DNA from: Chara braunii
Taxonomy: Eukaryota; Plantae; Charophyceae
NCBI GenBank assembly: GCA_003427395.1
Contig: BFEA01000019.1
Location: 2,173,169-2,237,168, forward strand
Reading direction: 5' to 3'
DNA: 64,000 nt
Shown here: one piece after another, positions 1 through 12,708 of the stretch
How the letters are laid out: every line of letters starts with the position of its first letter
How positions within the stretch are numbered: position 1 is the stretch's first letter
Notes under the pieces: generated by a model
Database searches by the model: none
Told to the model about the DNA's origin: nothing
What the model saw: only the letters and a program-made list of their open reading frames with translations
Translations under genes and position numbers: made by a program

Positions 1-95
1 TCATTTCGCAATTTACGAGCATCACTTAGAGGTTAATCAGTGTCATTTAGGGGTTTAACAGCATTATTTACTGGCTTAGCAGCATCATTCAGGGG

Positions 96-133
96 CTGTC
101 TCTTATACACATCTAGATGTGTATAAGAGACAG
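96..133. other. Nextera mate-pair junction adapter (assembly artefact)
   Basis: Exact CTGTCTCTTATACACATCT+AGATGTGTATAAGAGACAG. Confidence 0.98.
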
Positions 134-988
134 TCAGAGGACCGTGAGTGAGTACTTAATACTTATTGTAATCCTTTCTGACTTGCCGGTGGAATAGGAA
201 CCGGACTGATGCTCCCCAGAATGGAAAAGGAGCCGGAACCCTAAGGTTCTGTTTGTTTGTTTGTTTGTTTGTTTGTTTGTTTGTTTGTTTGTTAAAGATG
301 GGGGAGAAGAAGGAAAGGAAAAAGAAGACAAGGATGGAAGAATTAAGCAAAGAATGAAAGAAAAAGGACAAGCATGGCGAGGAAAGAAAAGAGTGAAGGA
401 GAATGAAGAACAGTAGGAAGGCAGAGATATGAAGAACAGTAAGAACATAATAACACTGGAATTTTTGGAACAAGGAGAAGAAGGAGAAATCTGGAAGAGG
501 AGGAGCAGGGAAAGAACATGAGACAACAAACCAGGACAAGGAGAGCAGGAGGATCTGGGAGTAAAGGATGAGAGACATGAATCCGATGAAAAGGCAATGG
601 GGAGTAGGAGGGAGAAGTGCGAGGATCAAAAACTGTCACTCAGAAGAGGATGGGCAAATGTGGGCAAACGGTGGCACACAACTAGTTATCCTGCTATAAC
701 GTAACTGCCAAGCCAATCCACACTTCACAGTTCTCCTCAGACGAATAGCTAGCTAGCTAGCTACCCACAAAGACAGAAGGATCAAGGGACAAAGGGACAC
801 AGGATAATCCGGCAGAGCGACTGACGGATAAAACGGACCAATGGACGGGCTTACCGACTAACCGACCAACAGACAAACAGACTGAGACAGAGACAGGCAG
901 GCAGTCGGCAGCCAGACAGGGAGATTGACCGACCGGCTGGCCAACACACTGACCGACTGGTCGACCGAAGAGAGAAAGTCTGATAGAC

Positions 989-1028
<40 letters not shown>

Positions 1029-1030
<2 letters not shown>

Positions 1031-1066
1031 GTCTCTTATACACATCTAGATGTGTATAAGAGACAG
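1029..1066. other. Nextera mate-pair junction adapter (assembly artefact)
   Basis: Exact 38-mer abutting an (AG)n tract. Confidence 0.98.
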
Positions 1067-1416
1067 TCCTTACACCACCCATTACACTACACATAGCCAA
1101 AACCCCCAACCCAGCCACCTTCTAAGCCTCAGCATCTATCCTACGAGGAATGCCTCCATCAGAATTCAAATAGACCCCTCCCCACCTTCATGTGAAACCC
1201 AGATTTCAAACCAACCCCAGGAACCACAACAGGTGTAATCAACAGCTGTAGTATAGAAACGACCGCCAGGTACAGACCACAGTCAAAGATGCATTAAGCG
1301 TGGGTTTAGGGTTTCAGCACCATTTATAGAATAATAGCAGATTCCCAATAGAACAGGCTACATCCTTCCTCCGGGAAGTAATCAATGCCGTCCTCCGGAC
1401 CTCCACACCATAAGGG

Positions 1417-1454
1417 CTGTCTCTTATACACATCTAGATGTGTATAAGAGACAG
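1417..1454. other. Nextera mate-pair junction adapter (assembly artefact)
   Basis: Exact 38-mer close to an N gap. Confidence 0.98.
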
Positions 1455-1525
1455 AGCAACCCACTGATCAAGAATGACAAAGGGGAATGCCNNNNNNNNN
1501 NNNNNNNNNNNNNNNNNNNNNNNNN

Positions 1526-1587
<62 letters not shown>

Positions 1588-3012
1588 GCAGATAGACAGA
1601 CGGAGCTTCCACTTTGACAAAGAGGAAAAATTTTACAAAGTTGAACAGGGTCTCCGAACTCCTATGATGCCAGAACCAGCCGTAAACTTGACATCCAACA
1701 GGTCGCCCAGGTCCGGTGGCTGGTTTTAGAGGGTATTGAGGGAAGAACGTTGGCGTATTTTGTGGTATCTGCACGATTAACCCACGGTTCTCGTTTTGTT
1801 TTAGCCTATTTTACTACATATTTTTTTCAATTTTTCGTCAAATATTTGCGGCATTTTTTTATCCCCTCTTCCTCCTGCGGAAGTTTGCCCACCAAACGCT
1901 CGGTAATGGTAGAATCACAGCTGTAAGGGGGAGGCACCTCCTCTTTGCATGGTCCAAGGGCCCCCCACGACCCCCGCAGCCACAGTCCCCCGCAACCCCC
2001 TCACCCCCCCCCTCCCCCATGACTCTGCCTCTGGCCTCTCTGTGAAGACAACTCCTACTGGTGCCACGAGGACAACGGAAGGATAACACCATCATTCAAC
2101 TGTCCACGACAGAGCATGCGGCCACAGCAGCCAGCTGATGCATCAGGACTGCGGTAGCAGGCCCTGTTTGGATGTGGACAAGCGGGCGAAGCATAACAGA
2201 CTCGGAGGAAACGGAGAAACAGAGCGGGAGCTGAAACTGCTGAGTAGGGCGGGAGGGTAGGAATGTTAACGACCGCAGGCACTGCCAGAAGCAAGGGAAG
2301 GCTGAAATGTATGCTCCTGAGATCTACGAAATGTATGCTCATGGAGCTGGACTACGTACAAACGGAGACTGGAGCATAGTGTACGTTAACACGGGTGCAC
2401 AAACCCGAGCCAAACAATCTTTGGGGTCCCCCAGAGAACCGAGAGGCTCCTGGTGCTATGTGACCTCCGTCTGGGAATCACCACAGTCTTACGACTTGGG
2501 AAATGGACAGGATAGTTCAGTCCTGGCGGGCATGGGCAGGATAGTGCCTCGATCCTCAGGGTGGTGCAGGAAGACATACGGGGGCATTTTTGTGGCGCAC
2601 GGAAGACATATCGGGCCACTCTTGTAGCACACGGGCCGATGGTGGAAACAAGCAGGAAGAGGAACGCAAGTCCAGTAGGGCCGGATGGGCGGTCCACTAG
2701 GGACCGCTGTTTAGGGCCACCGAGTTCAGGAGAGAGGTTTGGGATAAACTGCAGTCGCCAAGTTCAAAGTTGACTCCGCTAGACAAACGGAGACAAGCAG
2801 GCTCAAGGGGGCCATAATGGTTTCTGTAAGCCAAAGCCAGGTAGAGGCCACCATGCTTCAAACTGTACAAAGGGACGCTGGACCCGGTTTCCAGCAGGTT
2901 TGGCAAAAAAAAAAAGAAAAAAAAAAAAAAAAGGAGAGCATATAAGGGGATAAAGTCAGCAATTGAGCTTGCAAACGCCGGGCGGAACAGATGGACATTG
3001 GGAGAGCATGGC

Positions 3013-3186
3013 TTAAAGCATCAGTACACCAGACATTGGCCCGCGGGTGTCAGCATGAAACCCGCACCACTTTGGAGGCCGCAGAATTTTTTTTTCAACG
3101 GCGCGGAGGGCCACGTGGCGCCTCCAAGTTTTGCTTGTGGCGACAAAAACATTCTGCAAGGCTGGAGCCGTGTACTGGTGGTTTAA
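3013..3186. mobile_element. TTAA-flanked MITE (TIR ~ACCACCAGTAC)
   Basis: TTAA-AGCATCAGTACA ... TGTACTGGTGGT-TTAA. Confidence 0.75.
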
Positions 3187-3781
3187 CGTCCTTGGTTGAA
3201 CCAACTTAGCAACCTGATTAGGCTCGTAGCACGCCCTGTTGAAATGTGTTGGGGCATTTTAGGGCAATTTCGGGAGTGTCAAAGTTACTTCATGATGACG
3301 AGTGATGGCCCCACTGGTGCCCCCCAGTGGCTCCGACCCGTATCCGGGCCAAGCCAACGGTTGGAAAGGTGGACAGGGGCTGCTACCTTTCTGAGTAGGA
3401 TCTGGCTTTCGACATGATGGATGAAAAGGTTCTTTGGTTCAGATAGTTCAAGGCATAGGACGCTGGAACCGGTTTCCAGCACAGTTGGTTTTCTGAGTCC
3501 AAGGCATGGGACGCTGGACCCAGTTTCCAGCACGGTTGGTTTTCTCTGGTTTTTTTCATGCTCAGTTTTTCCCCCAAACTTCTATATAGTATATATGTAT
3601 CTCATAAGGGACGCTGAGCCCCGTTCTCAGCACGTGCTTCTCCCCACGAATAGATTGGAGCCTGTGTTAAACAAAAAAAAAAAAAAAAAAAAAAAAAAAG
3701 AAAAGAATCACGTCCATTTTTGGATTGCAATACCCTGCCAGATCACATGTACCTTCTCGGACACAAAATGGCATATATACA

Positions 3782-3813
<32 letters not shown>

Positions 3814-3894
3814 GGGCGACGGTTTTCGGATATCATCATCGAGTTGACCTGCCCTAGGTAATTCAGAATTTCATTTCTTTGCCTTCATCAACGT

Positions 3895-3958
3895 CCATCA
3901 GGATTCGAACTTGGGTCGTTAATTCAACAGTTCATGCGTGCACCAACTGAGCTAGGCT
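3895..3958 (-). mobile_element. tRNA-derived SINE head
   Basis: Minus strand: AGCCTAGCTCAGTTGGTGCACGCATGAACTGTTGAATTAACGACCCAAGTTCGAATCCTGATGG. A box TAGCTCAGTTGG and B box GTTCGAATCC; no intact cloverleaf. Confidence 0.7.
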
Positions 3959-4160
3959 TGTTGGTTATGGGTTCTTTCCATCTGTCTACCTTTCTCAAAT
4001 CATTTTCTTGCTCTGGTGTAAGGCTGAGATTTCTGTCCTTTTATCTTTCAGTGCTTTTGACTGCTTTTTAACTCCCTTGACCGATGCATTGCTGGGTTTG
4101 ATTTCAAGAAGGGTAAGCTCAAAGAAAGGAGGACGAAAAAAGAGAGAACGGTGATCTCAC

Positions 4161-4406
4161 CCCAGGAAGCACCACAACTGCATCTCCCACAGCCAGGCTT
4201 GCTGTTGATACATTAACCGTGTCCCACGCTTCTGCACCCGTCCACGTGTCTTGCATTTCTTTAAGCATTCGGGCTGTTGATGGCAAGAGATCAAGAAGAG
4301 CTGTCATGTCACTGGATGCCTGCAGTTTTGCCCTATCTTCCAAACCTCTCCCAAGCAGAACAAAAGCCAGCAGCATCACTGGCTCCTCAAAGAAAGAATG
4401 CCAACC
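4161..4406 (-). CDS. PAA1: PAA1-like ATPase exon 6 (TM and start of A-domain); remaining exons lie left of the window
   Basis: CAG|GGTTGG...GGG|GTGAGA; encodes GWHSFFEEPVMLLAFVLLGRGLEDRAK...LAVGDAVVVLPG. Confidence 0.95.
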
Positions 4407-6608
4407 CTGTCAGCAAGACCAAACCAACAAGAAATCAGTCCAGACTCCAGACTCCATAGTTAACAAGCTCAGAGACTGAAGGGTGTGCCGTTCGGTCGCC
4501 TTATCTTATCTATATTTAATCTACCAGAACAATTAGTTATCAAACAAAGGAGGGTAGAGCTGTCATGTGACTAAAAAAGCCTAGGCTACCCCAGTGGCCC
4601 GGGATTACTTGCCCAGCCAGGCCAAAAAATTAAATTAATCAAAATTTTAAAATTAAAAATTTTTAAAATAAAATAATTTTAATTTCTATTTTTAATTTGG
4701 TAAAGAATTTTGCAAGGAACATGAATGTGAGCAGTACAGAAATCCAAATTGCAAAATCACGCTGAAGTCCAAGTAGTCAAACAAAGAGCAGATGGCACAT
4801 TGGAACCAAGAAACCATTCATATGAGAACCATACGGTAGAATCGTGAGGTCAATGTCCCAGCCCGTAGGGCCACACCAACAACAGAACCCAATGTAGCTC
4901 TTTCTCTGAACGGCGCTGGCACCCTACCTACACTACTCCCTACAGCTACAACTACAGCATGATCACAACCAGACGACTTGAAGACCAGCGTGCTTGACGT
5001 CAACACCAATGCCGACCTCCTCTCTCCATGCCAGGTAAGTACCTCTGTTGCTCCCCACTCTTATCCCGTCTCCCCACTCTCGTGCCTCCTTCCCGAAGAC
5101 CACCTTCGCCTCCCTACCTCTCACTGCGCCCAGCAGCCCGGCTATGGCTGCCGGCGCTCGCTGCCCTGCAGCGCCCCACACCTCTGCGCCCGCTTGCGCG
5201 CTTGACCACCTAGCGCAGCATGCACGCGCTCGCTACACAATGCAGCAGCGTACCGACAATGCCGCACCGGCCAAGATCCTCTTCCCTGCGCCCTGACTGC
5301 CTACATGCCGTGGTAGGCGCGTGTGCGGCTCCCTCTAGCCTGCGACTGGGCCCCGGTATCTGTGCCTAGGCCCAATGCAGATGGGGCCCAGACTTCACAG
5401 TTGCGCCCATCAGCCCAGGGCCGATGTCCAGATTCAGATAGCGGGCCGGTCTCCCATTGGCACGCTCGGCCTCTACGACAACCTTGTTTTTCGATTGGCC
5501 AGCGTCCAACGTGTGATGTGTCGGCCTCCCCTGGCTTGTGCCCAGGGCTCAACCAACTGAGGCCCTGGGCTCAACTGCTTCTGCAGGAGTCTGGGCTTCA
5601 CGATGCACTCCAACCAACTGGCGTGCTGCAACTGTCTGGTACCCACTTCACGAAATGCTGAAAGAAAGGCCTCTCGTGGATATTCTGGCCCGCCTTCACT
5701 TAGGGCGGGCATGAGGCTTGCTGGGGGCCTTAGCCCAGAACATATGCATGTCNNNNNNNNNNNNNNNNNNNNNNNNNNNNNNNNNNNNNNNNNNNNNNNN
5801 NNNNNNNNNNNNNNNNNNNNNNNNNNNNNNNNNNNNNNNNNNNNNNNNNNNNNNNNNNNNNNNNNNNNNNNNNNNNNNNNNNNNNNNNNNNNNNNNNNNN
5901 NNNNNNNNNNNNNNNNNNNNNNNNNNNNNNNNNNNNNNNNNNNNNNNNNNNNNNNNNNNNNNNNNNNNNNNNNNNNNNNNNNNNNNNNNNNNNNNNNNNN
6001 NNNNNNNNNNNNNNNNNNNNNNNNNNNNNNNNNNNNNNNNNNNNNNNNNNNNNNNNNNNNNNNNNNNNNNNNNNNNNNNNNNNNNNNNNNNNNNNNNNNN
6101 NNNNNNNNNNNNNNNNNNNNNNNNNNNNNNNNNNNNNNNNNNNNNNNNNNNNNNNNNNNNNNNNNNNNNNNNNNNNNNNNNNNNNNNNNNNNNNNNNNNN
6201 NNNNNNNNNNNNNNNNNNNNNNNNNNNNNNNNNNNNNNNNNNNNNNNNNNNNNNNNNNNNNNNNNNNNNNNNNNNNNNNNNNNNNNNNNNNNNNNNNNNN
6301 NNNNNNNNNNNNNNNNNNNNNNNNNNNNNNNNNNNNNNNNNNNNNNNNNNNNNNNNNNNNNNNNNNNNNNNNNNNNNNNNNNNNNNNNNNNNNNNNNNNN
6401 NNNNNNNNNNNNNNNNNNNNNNNNNNNNNNNNNNNNNNNNNNNNNNNCTGGTCCTGATCAGACACTTTCCTTTGTTTCTTTATCGCTGTCATCTCTTCCA
6501 GAAGATCACACACCATGTTTCTGTCCGTCTACCTTCACAAATGTTTATGAACCAACCAAAACGTTCAAACGAAATGACACCATACTTATTTTTATTTTTA
6601 TTTTTTTT

Positions 6609-6706
6609 AATTTGGACCATTTCTCGATTTATGCGTGTCATCCTTGCGCAGGGGCCATGCTAATCTTCTCTGTATCGCTCCAATTTTAACGGATGTCCTG
6701 AAGGAC
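6609..6706 (-). pseudogene. U6: Full-length U6 snRNA retrocopy
   Basis: Reverse complement reads GTCCTTCAGGACATCCGTTAAAATTGGAGCGATACAGAGAAGATTAGCATGGCCCCTGCGCAAGGATGACACGCATAAATCGAGAAATGGTCCAAATT. A-rich tail at 6590-6608; 17-bp TSD AATGACACCATACTTAT at 6573-6589 and 6707-6723. Confidence 0.95.
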
Positions 6707-7554
6707 AATGACACCATACTTATATGTTCTGCGTTCACAAACATGTCAAACAACCGAAATATTCAAAGGACTGTCTGGCAATCCCAATCTAGGCACACCG
6801 TCGATGTAAAGTTGCAAACCCCAAAGTTAATCAAATGAGCGACACCCTGGCACCAAAAAAAAAGAAGATATATCTACTTCTCAAGTTATTATCATACTTG
6901 TGGTCAGGTAGACAAGTAGGTACGGTCTAGATTGTCCACCCCACCTCCATTAGTATCCTACGCCTTCGTATTTCACACACACACACACACAAAAAAAAAA
7001 AGGGTCTAGGACCCTAGGTTGTCCAGTGCCTTTTTGTTTCTGTCAGATCTATTCTTACTTTGGAGAATAGAAGTGCGCATGGAATTTCATAACGTTGTTG
7101 CTGTTGTCGTTGTCCTTGTGTTTGTGCTTGTGCTTGTGCTTGTGCTTGTGCTTGTGGTGGTTATTGTTGTTGTCATTAACAACACAACACACTTGCCCCA
7201 TCTATTCTGGGGGCCACCAATCCAGTTGTTCATCACCGGCAAGCAAAATGTCTGAGACTTGTTGTTTTCCGTTTCGAGTACTTCAACAAAGTTTGGAAGT
7301 GTTTTACTTTGTTGTGCAGATCGTCCAATGAATAGACTACACTGTTTTAACTTTTCGCTGTTTGCCACAAATGTACCTGCCTAAAGGTATGTTTTTTGCA
7401 CCCCTTCTCATGTCCTGTTTTTTTTTTAGGTTTGTTTTGCCATACAGCTTCACTGCTTTTGAGTCTCAGTTTGAACTTTGTCGAAGTTCTTTGCTGTCCG
7501 AAAGTTCTTTGAACTTTCAACTTTCATTTTTTTTTTGTTTTTTTTTGTTTTTGT

Positions 7555-7616
7555 CTTGCGCGGCCATGCTAATCTTCTGTGTATCGTTCCAATTTTAACG
7601 GATGTCCCCAAAGGAC
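7555..7616 (-). pseudogene. U6: 3'-truncated U6 snRNA retrocopy
   Basis: U6 5' ~60 nt, followed on the minus strand by an A-rich tail (7527-7553); imperfect TSD TGRACTTTCAACTT(T)CA on both sides. Confidence 0.88.
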
Positions 7617-8733
7617 TGGACTTTCAACTTCAAATAATCTTTTTCTTTGAACTTTGCTTTTTTGTCTCTTGCTTTTGAACTTCAGCTGTTTTGCGACTCT
7701 GTTTGAAGTTTGGCATGTTGAGGAGAGGGACGTTGAGAGGGACGCCGGGCGGAATATCCAGAGGGAGGTGGGGAGAAAAAGGTCAGTGGGAAACGGTGAG
7801 AGCAAGGTTTGTTACGAGGAGATAGAGGATGCCCAGATGGATGGAGGTCTCAAAGCAACAGTGGCGAGGCCTAAAGCGCGTGGGGTAGAAAGAGTGCTAG
7901 GTATCGAGATTGTGCAATGGCAGTGTTTTCTAGCAAAGGAGAGTGAGCAAGGTGTGTTACTCACTTCGCAACAGAGACGGTCCCCGGGCAGCCTGGACTG
8001 GCTGTGGCCTGCCCAGGTACCACGCAGTCCGGGCCGGCTGGGCGAGGTCCCGGCAGGGTCCCGGGTAGTACCGACGCAGAAAAGAAAAGAGAAACATGAT
8101 TCAAACATAATTTTTTTTTAATGGAAAAAGCATACGTTGAAATACAACCAACTTTTGGCTGAGGGTCTCCCCCTCAAAATTCCTTACCGGCTGCAAGATT
8201 AACAAAGAAAAAAAAAAAGAAGGAAAAACAAGATCTAAGGTACTCTGCCCCTTTAAAGTTTAAACCCATTTTTTGAACCCTGTTTACACCCCCCAGCCCC
8301 TCTGTTGGTGACCCATCACCGAATCTGAAGCTAAGGCTGTACTCCCCTTGAAAAAAAAAAAAAAAAAAAGAGCAAAACCCAGCTTCACTTTATTTAATTT
8401 GACAAAGAATTCCCCCCTATGTCGTCTTTAGGGGTCTATTCTGACTGCTCAGGCCAAGCAAAATCTTGGTCGGAAGTCGGATTATTTTTATTTTTTTTTC
8501 AGAATCTTTGACATGCTTTTGTCCCACCCGGTTTTCCCAGGTGGGTGTCCCCCTGCCTGCCGGCTGGGGCATCCCCTGGGCGGGCTCAAAGGGCAAAGAG
8601 AGCACACCACACAACATGCACAAGCACACCAAGTGATACGCAATCACACTGAGAGATGTCATTCCGCAAGTTACAAGGACTGCCCAGCACTGCTTTGATA
8701 AGTATTAAAAAAGGATGTGTGAGTCGCACTCAC

Positions 8734-9020
8734 AAGCTTTGGAAGAAGAACCGCCAGTGTGCTGACGCTGAATGAGGCGCAGGCACCAAGAGCAACTAGA
8801 GTGTTCATGTTCGGAGACCCCTTCCAAAAACTTGTCCAGCCATCTGTCATAATCTTACGGCCCGGTCCTAGTATAGAGACCACTGATAGAACCATGTGGA
8901 ACTTGGGGGAATGAAGTATCGACAACCAGTGGGAGAGATGCGAATGGCCTTGAACAAGATGTGAAGCATGACACATCAAGCATGCTGCCGCAAGGGCCCA
9001 TGCCACAGCTAATCTGCGAC
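8734..9020 (-). CDS. PAA1: PAA1-like ATPase exon 5 (first TM helices)
   Basis: AAG|GTCGC...CTT|GTGAGT; encodes RRLAVAWAL...LGPGRKIMTDGWTSFWKGSPNMNTLVALGA...LLPKL. Confidence 0.95.
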
Positions 9021-9964
9021 CTTTCAGCAAAGCACAGCACCACCCCACCACACCGCAACACACCATGCCACGATTACAACCCGTCAGAATGTCCAAACAG
9101 AGCAATAATGAGAGAAAGGATGGCCTAGAGGCTAGAAGTTGATTGCCGAGATGAAACCCAGAGCATGTGCAAAGCAAGTCAGTCGAATGAAAGATGTCTC
9201 TTTGGCTTTAGCCTCACAGCGAATACCTATTCCAATAGTCGGCCCCATAACACAACCGCATCACCCTTCAAGTAGTGCACAAAACGATGGCCTATAACTT
9301 CCTTTTTTTTTTTTTTTTGGAAGAAAACGATGGCCTAGAACTTCTACCCCTGGCCGGTATCGCCCACCTGCTGTAGCAGGTATCGCACCTGCTGGTAGGT
9401 GCATCTCCCGCATGTTCCCTCGTTGGAGGCTTGAGCACGGATGTGGCTGCTACGGGGTTCCCCGTAATACTATAATGACAATAAAAAAGGCCTGAAAGGC
9501 CGTCCTGTCCAGATTCGACAGGTAATTGAATTGGTTGGGCTTAAAGAATTAGCCTTTAAAAAAAAAAAAAGAAGAAAAAAAAGAAGTTGCAGAGCAGAAG
9601 ACAGAGCACTGTCGGAAAACGTAGCATAGAAAGTTATTGCAGACAGACTGCGGTAGAGGGGTGGGGGGGGAAAGAAGAGGAAGGGAAGGCACAACCCAAC
9701 AAAGGGGATACATGAGCAATGAGTTGTCTGATGAGGGGGGCAAATTTGCGAATATGTGCACATGTTGATGACAGGAGCAGAAAGCACCAGCTGTTTTGTG
9801 CACATGCGCCCAGGCATAACTTTTTTTTTTTTTTTTTTTTTGAAAAAAAATCAAAAAAGCCCTTGTGTAAGCCCTCTATCCCGGCGCCCAGGCATAACTA
9901 CACTTATCATCCTGTCAAAACCACTCTACATCTGCCTGCATTGGGTCCACCTTGTACCTGCTTG

Positions 9965-10021
9965 CTGGCTGAATGGACGTACACGACACAAACTGTTGAT
10001 CCACAGGTCAAGGGTTCAAAT
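9965..10021 (+). mobile_element. tRNA-derived SINE head (degenerate)
   Basis: TGGCTGAATGG...CTGTTGATCCACAGGTCAAGGGTTCAAAT, with A-box/B-box spacing. Confidence 0.55.
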
Positions 10022-11101
10022 ATTCTTCAGTCTACAGTACGAGGAGCTACCACCTTTGGAAAAGGCTGGTTCAGATCAGCAGACCGACAACTTCATTTGT
10101 CAAAGATACTGCTGTGGTTCACCTTCAGTAGCAGTCACAACCCCTCCTCCTCCTCCTCCTGCTTCTGCTTATGCTTCTTCTTCTTCTTCTTCGTCTTCGT
10201 CTTCGTCTTCTTCTTCTCTTCTTCTTCTTCTTCTTCTTCTTCTTCTTCGGATCCTTGGCTCGATTTGCCAAGGTGGTGGGTGGTCCCTGGAGATCTTGGA
10301 TCTCCCAGGTCTACCCCCACAAAAATTTCAGATGGGTATGATGGCAATGGCGAGAGTACGATGGTAAAGGTGATGCTGTGGTTTTTAGGGGCGGCGCCCG
10401 CTGGGGCCCGTGAAAGGCCACACCCCTCTCCGATTGAAGGGTCTATTTGTGATGTAATGGGCTCTTTGTATGCTATAGAGATAGATATATATGGAAAAAT
10501 GAGGAAAAAGGGTGATAGAAAGCTCTGCTTCTTGTTTTTCGGAAGGTAGGACCTCGGAATGATGATAGGATTCTCGCTTAGGGAATGGTTTGGAATGTTT
10601 TGGCCCGAACGTAGTAAGGGAAGACCGGTGACCGAACAGTACCTTTTTTGAATGCAGGAACCGGGGCTGACTGGGTTTTGGGGCACACGCGTGTGCCAGT
10701 GGTATTTGGGCGCCAGGGACCTAAAATAGGGAGCGGGACACAATGCGGGCCGCAGCCTGCAGCCAACGGTAACTCAGACCTTAGGTACCGAGTGTACCTC
10801 GGCGAAGGAGGCACAAATACGGGCAGATAGATGGCATTATCCTTTTTCTGAGGAGAGATTTGAAAACAGCAGAGCGCTGCCGCTCCTTGTAGTCGACTTC
10901 GGCAGTAAGCAAGCTATGACTCCGGGAAGTTGGGATTCACTACGATATGCGACCAACCAGAGATGTCAGAAAGACGGAGAGGGAGTGAGGGAGAGTAGCA
11001 GGTGGAAGAAGAAATGGGAGAAAGGGAAGGACTTGGCTGGTGATTGTAATGCATCTCGAGTTATAGCTGGATGTGGGCATGCCCATATCACCTGGTGGTT
11101 A

Positions 11102-11148
11102 CCCTCCTGAAGAGACCTGAACGCACAGGTGTCGAAACGCGTCGAGGG
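11102..11148 (+). ncRNA. Minimal type I hammerhead ribozyme (Penelope-like-element style)
   Basis: CCCUC-CUGAAGA-GACCUG-AACGCA-CAGGUGUC-GAAACGCGUC/GAGGG. Palindromic mini stem III (ACGCGU); predicted cleavage after C11143. Confidence 0.85.
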
Positions 11149-11300
11149 GATGAGTAGCTTTGAGGGGATGCGTAGCTTTATATGGTGTTTGATGAAAGGC
11201 TGAGCTGACAGTGATTGGTTTCGATTGAGCCCTTTGTCCTCCATGGGAGCAGTTCTTATGGCTGTTCTGTGTTCTTACCCTTGAATTCTTCTTCTTCTTC

Positions 11301-11372
<72 letters not shown>

Positions 11373-11412
11373 CTATTATTATTATTATTATTTTTTTTTT
11401 TTTTATTATTAC

Positions 11413-11458
<46 letters not shown>
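11301..11458. repeat. (TTA)n microsatellite
   Basis: Read directly; one of many SSRs, others include (AG)n at 993, 1526, 18397, 20258, 27828 and 45712, (CA)n at 21169 and 23642, (GT)n at 23056, (AAT)n at 21432. Confidence 0.95.
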
Positions 11459-12114
11459 TTCCTCCTCTGTTGTCGTCCTCCTCCCTGTCTCCTCCTCCTC
11501 CCCCTCTTGCTTGTCCATCTGTTCAGTGACCGAGCCATCACTCTCGTCTGAAGCCCTGGATGGAGCACTTCCTGATCGTGTTATTGTCGCAAGGTGATAC
11601 ATTCACCATAGATTGTTCTTTTCCTCCTCCATCCTCGTCCTCCTCCTCGTCCTCCTTGCTCCTCTTCCTTTCTCCTCCTCCTCCTCCTCGTCCTCCTTGC
11701 TCCTCTTCCTTTCTCCTCCTCCTCATCCTCGTCCATCTGATCCTTAATTGAGCCATCACTCTTGTCTGGAGTGCTCCTACAGTTCTGTCAAGCTGATAGA
11801 TTCACCATGGATTGTTCCAATTCTCCCTCCTCAAGGAGCCGACAAATCTATCGCCACCTGCCAGTTGCCCAGCCTGTCGTTGTGTTCCGATCGGAAGAAT
11901 GAACCCCCCCAGAAGCATCATTGCCTTGCGGTAAAGTTTTGGTTAGGTTATGAGCCTTTGGTGTCTCTTTGCTGTTGTCATTCAGACGATTCCTTGATCT
12001 GTGCATGGAGAGTTCCCCGCACATGATCCAAGACAATGTTCTCTGTATTGTTGCAATTTTAATGGCTATCCTAGGGGACTCTCCTTCCACAACTTCCTTC
12101 ATTCAAACTTTCTT

Positions 12115-12445
12115 TTCATTTAGCAATTTATGAGCATCATTCAGAGGTTACACAGTGTCATTTAAGGGTCTCACTGACTCTCACAGCATCATTTCGCAAT
12201 TTACGAGCATCACTTAGAGGTTAAGCAGTGTCATTTAGGGGTTTAACAACAGTGTCATGTAGGGGTTTAACGGCAGTGTCATTTAGGGGTTATGCAGTGT
12301 CATTTAAGGGTTTAACTTCAACAGCATCATTTCGCAATTTACGAGCATCACTTAGAGGTTAATCAGTGTCATTTAGGGGTTTAACAGCATTATTTACTGG
12401 CTTAGCAGCATCATTCAGGGGTTTACCGTCATCATTTTAAAGGTT
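12115..12445. repeat. Degenerate minisatellite with TTTAGGGG motifs
   Basis: Repeated CAGTGTCATTTAGGGGTTTAA units; 12327-12421 is identical to 1-95. Confidence 0.8.
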
Positions 12446-12521
12446 TATCTTCATCACAAGGGGTACTCACCATACCCTGCTGCATGCCACACCCCCGCCT
12501 CCCTTTCGCAAAGGCCTTAAC

Positions 12522-12708
12522 TTAAACCACCAGTACCTCGCCCAGCCTGCAAAAATCGTCGCGGCGGTTAACGCGCCGCGACATTCAGGGGCCCACGGCT
12601 GCCGAGATTTCGCATCGACGGTCCTCGGCGCGGCGCGGGCCTCCGAAAGTTGCGGTGAGGGCCCCGGTCACAGGATCATATATTTTGGCCGAGGTACTGG
12701 TGGTTTAA
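12522..12708. mobile_element. TTAA-flanked MITE (TIR ACCACCAGTACCTCG)
   Basis: TTAA-ACCACCAGTACCTCG ... CGAGGTACTGGTGGT-TTAA; perfect 15-bp TIR. Confidence 0.9.

Noticed and set aside
96-133. Genuine Tn5 mosaic-end transposon or horizontal transfer
   Set aside because: It is exactly the Nextera mate-pair junction palindrome and occurs at gaps and SSRs.
6609-6706. Functional U6 snRNA gene
   Set aside because: The A tail and 17-bp TSD indicate retrotransposition, and the TSD abuts the U6 5' end, so no native promoter was carried along.
12115-12445. Interstitial telomere
   Set aside because: TTTAGGG(G) motifs are isolated within longer units rather than forming tandem telomeric repeats.
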